From Rhodanobacteraceae bacterium (GTDB lineage Bacteria > Pseudomonadota > Gammaproteobacteria > Xanthomonadales > SZUA-5): a DNA stretch of 64,000 nucleotides. Where the stretch lies: positions 146,710-210,709 of the forward strand of contig JACKOW010000001.1 of assembly GCA_024234055.1 (NCBI GenBank), written 5' to 3'. The translations under genes were made by a program, and so were the position numbers. The notes beneath the pieces were generated by a model, which saw only the letters and a list, made by a program, of their open reading frames with translations, was not told the origin of the DNA and did not search any database. Positions 60,422 through 64,000 of this stretch are shown one piece after another; the stretch's first letter is position 1, and each line of letters starts with the position of its first letter.

Positions 60422-61414
60422 ATGGCTCTGGATTTGAATTCGGTGGATCTCAGTGCCGTCGAGGCGCTGGCAGCGATCAAGTCCGAGCAGGACCAGCTCG
60501 GAGAGCGACTGAAGACCATGGAGAGCAAGCGTTCCCAGGTCTCTGCCGAGGTCTACCAGCGCGTCCACTCCGACTACCGCAAGCGTCAGGCTGAACTGAT
60601 GTCTCAGGCGGCGCCTCTGATTCAAAAGGCGGGCGAGTCCTACCGCGCCTTGCGCATGGAATTGATTGAGCTGGAATCGGCCTTCAAGACGGCGCAGCTT
60701 GACCGTGAGGAAGTCGATTTTCGCCACGCCCTCGGCGAGTTCGACGAGAAGGAGCTGGCCAACCGCGTCAAGGCCGTCGATGCGCGCATCGCCGAGCACG
60801 GCAAGGCGCGGACCCGGGCTTTGGCGTTGAAGGAGCGCTTCCTTGCCGTTGTCACCCAGGAGTCGGATCTCGATACCAGCGACGAAGACACCGCGCGGAT
60901 GGAGGCGATTCCGGCTTCTGTTGCACAGGGCGACTCTGCAGCGACGGTAATTGCCGCGCCGATCAAGGATGCCGCGCCCAAGGGTGATCCGGATGCCACG
61001 CTGGTGGCGCCGCTGCCGCCCCTGAAGCCTGTGCCGCCGCCAGCGGCAGTTGTCAGCGCGGCGACGCCGCCGCCTGCGCCAGCGGTCAAGCGACCGCGCA
61101 ATCCGGATGCCACCGTGGTATTCCGCCAGGGCCGACTGGAGCCGCGCAATGCCGAAGCCGGGTCGGTGGTGCAGACACTGGGTCTGAAGCCGATCAGCAT
61201 TGGCAGCGATTCGGCCTGCGATCTGCAGTTGACAGCGCCCGGGATTGCCAAGCGCCAGCTGGAGATCACGATGACCCGCGCCGGATTCTGCGTGCGTGAC
61301 GTGGCTGCCAACGGCGCAGTCAAGATCAATGGCGAGATGGTGCAAGAACGCGTGTTGGCTGAGAGTGATACCCTTTCGGTCGGCCCCGCCCAGTTCAACT
61401 TTAGACTGTTATGA
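60422..61414 (+). CDS. coiled-coil + Pro-rich linker + FHA domain protein
   Basis: About 160 aa of heptad-like N-terminus and a C-terminal FHA-like ISIGSDSACDLQL..KRQLEI..NGAVKINGEMV. Confidence 0.7.
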   Translation: MALDLNSVDLSAVEALAAIKSEQDQLGERLKTMESKRSQVSAEVYQRVHSDYRKRQAELMSQAAPLIQKAGESYRALRMELIELESAFKTAQLDREEVDFRHALGEFDEKELANRVKAVDARIAEHGKARTRALALKERFLAVVTQESDLDTSDEDTARMEAIPASVAQGDSAATVIAAPIKDAAPKGDPDATLVAPLPPLKPVPPPAAVVSAATPPPAPAVKRPRNPDATVVFRQGRLEPRNAEAGSVVQTLGLKPISIGSDSACDLQLTAPGIAKRQLEITMTRAGFCVRDVAANGAVKINGEMVQERVLAESDTLSVGPAQFNFRLL

Positions 61415-61421
61415 GGATCGC

Positions 61422-61958
61422 ATGGCGCTAGATATCGGCAGCGAAACCCACGGAGACTTCCGAGTGCTCCGTCTGAACGGCCGTCTCGACACTGAGACTT
61501 CCGCTGATTTCGAACTCGCAGCGCACGACCTGACGTCTGCGGGGGAGAACAAGTTCATCGTCGACCTGGCCGGCATCAGCTACGTCAGCAGTGCCGGTCT
61601 GCGCGTCTTGCTGGCATTGGCCAAACAGATGAGCAATGGCGGCAGTCTGAGGCTATGTGGTCTGGCGCCGAGCGTGCGTCAGGTGTTTGATCTGTCCGGA
61701 TTCAGCAAGCTGTTTTCCATCGCCCCCGATCTGAACGCCGCGCTGGCAGAGGGTGGGGTCACTGCTGCGTCCCCGACACCGGCGCTCAGCAATGCCGCGG
61801 CAGACCTGCTGGGCGCTACCCAGGCGCCAACGTCGCCATCTACATCGCCCGCGGCCAGTCCGCAGGTGGGTCGTCAGGCGGCCGATTTGCTGGGTGCGAA
61901 GTCGGCGCCCAAGCCCGGCTTGATCGCGCGCATCCTGGCCTGGTTCAAAGGCCAATGA
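61422..61958 (+). CDS. STAS-domain anti-sigma-factor antagonist-like protein with low-complexity tail
   Basis: Start at ATG 61422. STAS core FIVDLAGISYVSSAGLRVLL with the phosphorylatable Ser context. The tail has a duplicated AADLLGA motif. Confidence 0.8.
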   Translation: MALDIGSETHGDFRVLRLNGRLDTETSADFELAAHDLTSAGENKFIVDLAGISYVSSAGLRVLLALAKQMSNGGSLRLCGLAPSVRQVFDLSGFSKLFSIAPDLNAALAEGGVTAASPTPALSNAAADLLGATQAPTSPSTSPAASPQVGRQAADLLGAKSAPKPGLIARILAWFKGQ

Positions 61959-62032
61959 TTTCGGTTCTGGCTGCAAGCCTGGGGGCATTCCGGCACGAGT
62001 GGTCGTTGTGGGCAGCTTGATGGCTCGCGCGT

Positions 62033-63592
62033 CTACTGGCGCAGTCTTCCCAGGCAAATGATCGTGAGGTCGTCGGTGGAGCGATCCTTGCCGACGAATT
62101 CCAGCAGGGACTTGCGCAACGCCTGATTGATTTCTCCGGCGGTATCGCAGGACAGCAACACCTGGTCTCGCCGCGCCTTCCCGTAGAGTTCGCCGGCGGT
62201 GTTCTCACCTTCATCGACGCCGTCGGTGGTCAGGATCAGGCAGTCGCCCGGGGCCAGTGCCAACTTCTGCTCCCTGACCTGCAGATCCATATCGGTGCCC
62301 ACCGGCGAACCCGGGTCCAGGCCCATTTCAATCACCTTGCGCGCGGCTGTACGTAACACCGGTGGCGAGTGGCCTGCCAGTCCCACGCGGCACATGCCGG
62401 TGCGGGTGTTGATGAATACGGCGGCGACGGTGGCAAACATGCCTGGTTCCAGCACCGGATTCAGGCTGCGCTGCAAGTTCTCCAGCAGATCGGCCGGGCC
62501 CACCTTCAGCTTGAGCTGATGGCGCAGGTCGGCGACCAGATAGGACATGTACATCGCGCCGGAAACACCCTTGCCCGAGACATCGCCGATGACCACCGCC
62601 AATTCTTCGTTGCTGCGCATTTCGATGTGGAAGAAGTCGCCGCCGACCATCATGGCCGGCGTGTAGCTCATCGCCAGTTCAAAACCATCGATCTTGGGTG
62701 GAGCAGGCGTCAGCAGGCGCTGCTGGATACGTTGAGCCAGGCGCAGATCAGAATCGCGCATCTTGCGTGAGCCGGCGGCCGCCTGGGCGCGCAGTGCGGC
62801 CAAGGGGATGCGCAACAGCAGCGAGGCTTCTTCCAGATCGCTCAGCGTGATCGCTACCGGGCGGCGCTCGCCATGGTCCGTGCCACCTTCCAGCAGCAGG
62901 CCAACCTGATGATCGATGGGAACGGCAATGAACGGCGCGATCTTCTCCACCGCCAGTGCCCTGGCCAATTGCTGACACTGTTCCGGCATCCATACAACCA
63001 CGCCCTGGGGCTCGGACTTCAGGGCAGAGAGGGCCCGAAACAGGGTGCTGCGGGAGATTTCCGCGCCTTGCGGGGCGCGCGCCAATATGCGCCCTGCGCG
63101 CCAATCGACCATGCTTGCGCGCGTGGCCGTCGGCAAGCACGAGAGCAGAGCCTTCAGGGCATTGCAGGCAAGTTCCTCAGGAGCATCATTTTCGCCCTTG
63201 AGTGCTGCCAGCATTCGGTTTGACAAACCCAGTGGCTCGGTGGCGCTTCCGGTGGGCGTGTCGGCCACGTTCGCCGCTGCAGGCCCGGTGCCGCGTACCG
63301 TACCAGCCAGCTGCGAACTGAAGGTCAGGGTCACACGGCCAAGGCTGATGACATCACCCTCGGCGAGAGCGCGATCGCCAATCAGCTTGACGCCGTTGAT
63401 CTCGGTGCCGTTGGCGCTGCCGAGATCGCGAAGGCGCCAGCCGTTTTCGGATTTCAGCAGCTCCGAATGGCGTCGCGACACTGTGGGATCATCAATGGAG
63501 TACTCGACCGACGGATCGCGGCCGAGGATGCCCTCGCCCTCGAGCTTCAGTACCCGACCCTTGGCCCCACCATTGAGTACGACCAGAAACAT
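62033..63592 (-). CDS. FHA domain + PP2C/SpoIIE-family phosphatase
   Basis: N-terminal FHA (GRDPS..SRRHSEL..SANGTEINGV) and C-terminal GGDFFHIE...VIGDVSGKGVSGA...TDGVDE. Confidence 0.85.
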   Translation of the reverse strand: MFLVVLNGGAKGRVLKLEGEGILGRDPSVEYSIDDPTVSRRHSELLKSENGWRLRDLGSANGTEINGVKLIGDRALAEGDVISLGRVTLTFSSQLAGTVRGTGPAAANVADTPTGSATEPLGLSNRMLAALKGENDAPEELACNALKALLSCLPTATRASMVDWRAGRILARAPQGAEISRSTLFRALSALKSEPQGVVVWMPEQCQQLARALAVEKIAPFIAVPIDHQVGLLLEGGTDHGERRPVAITLSDLEEASLLLRIPLAALRAQAAAGSRKMRDSDLRLAQRIQQRLLTPAPPKIDGFELAMSYTPAMMVGGDFFHIEMRSNEELAVVIGDVSGKGVSGAMYMSYLVADLRHQLKLKVGPADLLENLQRSLNPVLEPGMFATVAAVFINTRTGMCRVGLAGHSPPVLRTAARKVIEMGLDPGSPVGTDMDLQVREQKLALAPGDCLILTTDGVDEGENTAGELYGKARRDQVLLSCDTAGEINQALRKSLLEFVGKDRSTDDLTIICLGRLRQ

Positions 63593-63809
63593 CCGTGTGC
63601 AGACCTCATGCCTGTGGACGCCGCATTGCCGACGTCAGCTCATTCCGCCGCCGAGCGGCGCGATGCAAGATACATGGATGCAAACGCGCGCGCTCCGTGT
63701 GAAGCCTAGCCTATTCGCGTTGTATGGGTGGCTGCCTGACCGCACAAGGCCGTGACATCGACCATTCGCAGCACCAGAATCGGCTCCCCGATTCATGCCG
63801 GAGCTGGAA

Positions 63810-64000
63810 ATGACGATTGCCTACTGGTGCGTGATGGTGGCAGCTTTTCTGCCGATCTTGTTCACTGGCTTTGCCAAGTTCAGCGGGCCGGGTTTCAACA
63901 ACCGACGTCCGCGCGACTTTCAGGCGCAACTCGAAGGCTTCCGCCAGCGCGCGCATTGGGCGCACCTGAACTCCTTCGAAGCCTTTCCGCCATTTGCGGC
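63810..64000 (+). CDS. MAPEG-family membrane protein (3'-partial)
   Basis: ATG 63810 opens a frame that runs to the window end: MTIAYWCVMVAAFLPILFTGFAKFSGPGFNNRRPRDF..AHLNSFEAFPPFA. Not in the ORF track because it has no stop. Confidence 0.5.
   Translation, partial: MTIAYWCVMVAAFLPILFTGFAKFSGPGFNNRRPRDFQAQLEGFRQRAHWAHLNSFEAFPPFA

Overview
High-GC (~65%) gammaproteobacterial chromosome, mostly core genome. The xps-type gene order suggests a Xanthomonadales/Nevskiales-like organism (inference). No tRNA, rRNA, CRISPR, transposase, integrase or recognisable defence genes were found. Left to right: 5'-partial purL; a complete xps-order type II secretion operon (gspE-F-G-H-I-J-K-L-M-C/N-D, lipoprotein secretin), then a small lipoprotein and two signal-peptide proteins, one with strong high-expression codon bias; an ABC-transporter-dependent glycan cluster (parvulin PPIase, wzm, wzt, two GT2, methyltransferase, 602-aa orphan); a minus-strand VIT/vWA/DUF2135 giant protein; housekeeping genes (hydrolase, SPOR, Usp, DUF1311, lipoyl-domain LpdA, DUF2059); a Ser/Thr kinase with a coupled secreted partner and a DUF11 repeat protein; relA; an M14 peptidase; DUF1704; hemJ; the full atpIBEFHAGDC operon; an FHA-rich signalling cluster (cNMP-FHA, coiled-coil FHA, STAS, FHA-PP2C); and a 3'-partial MAPEG gene. 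The most unusual signal is non-coding. At least a dozen intergenic hairpin elements have arms made of head-to-tail 7-8 nt units, and the unit sequence differs between families. They sit in atp operon spacers, after gspE and gspG, and inside the reading frames that encode pseudopilin leader peptides. Classical TGTGGGAGCG-type REPs, G-quadruplex-type runs and tandem duplications also occur. I found no clear novel protein system; the FHA cluster and the T2SS-adjacent exoproteins are the best protein-level candidates.
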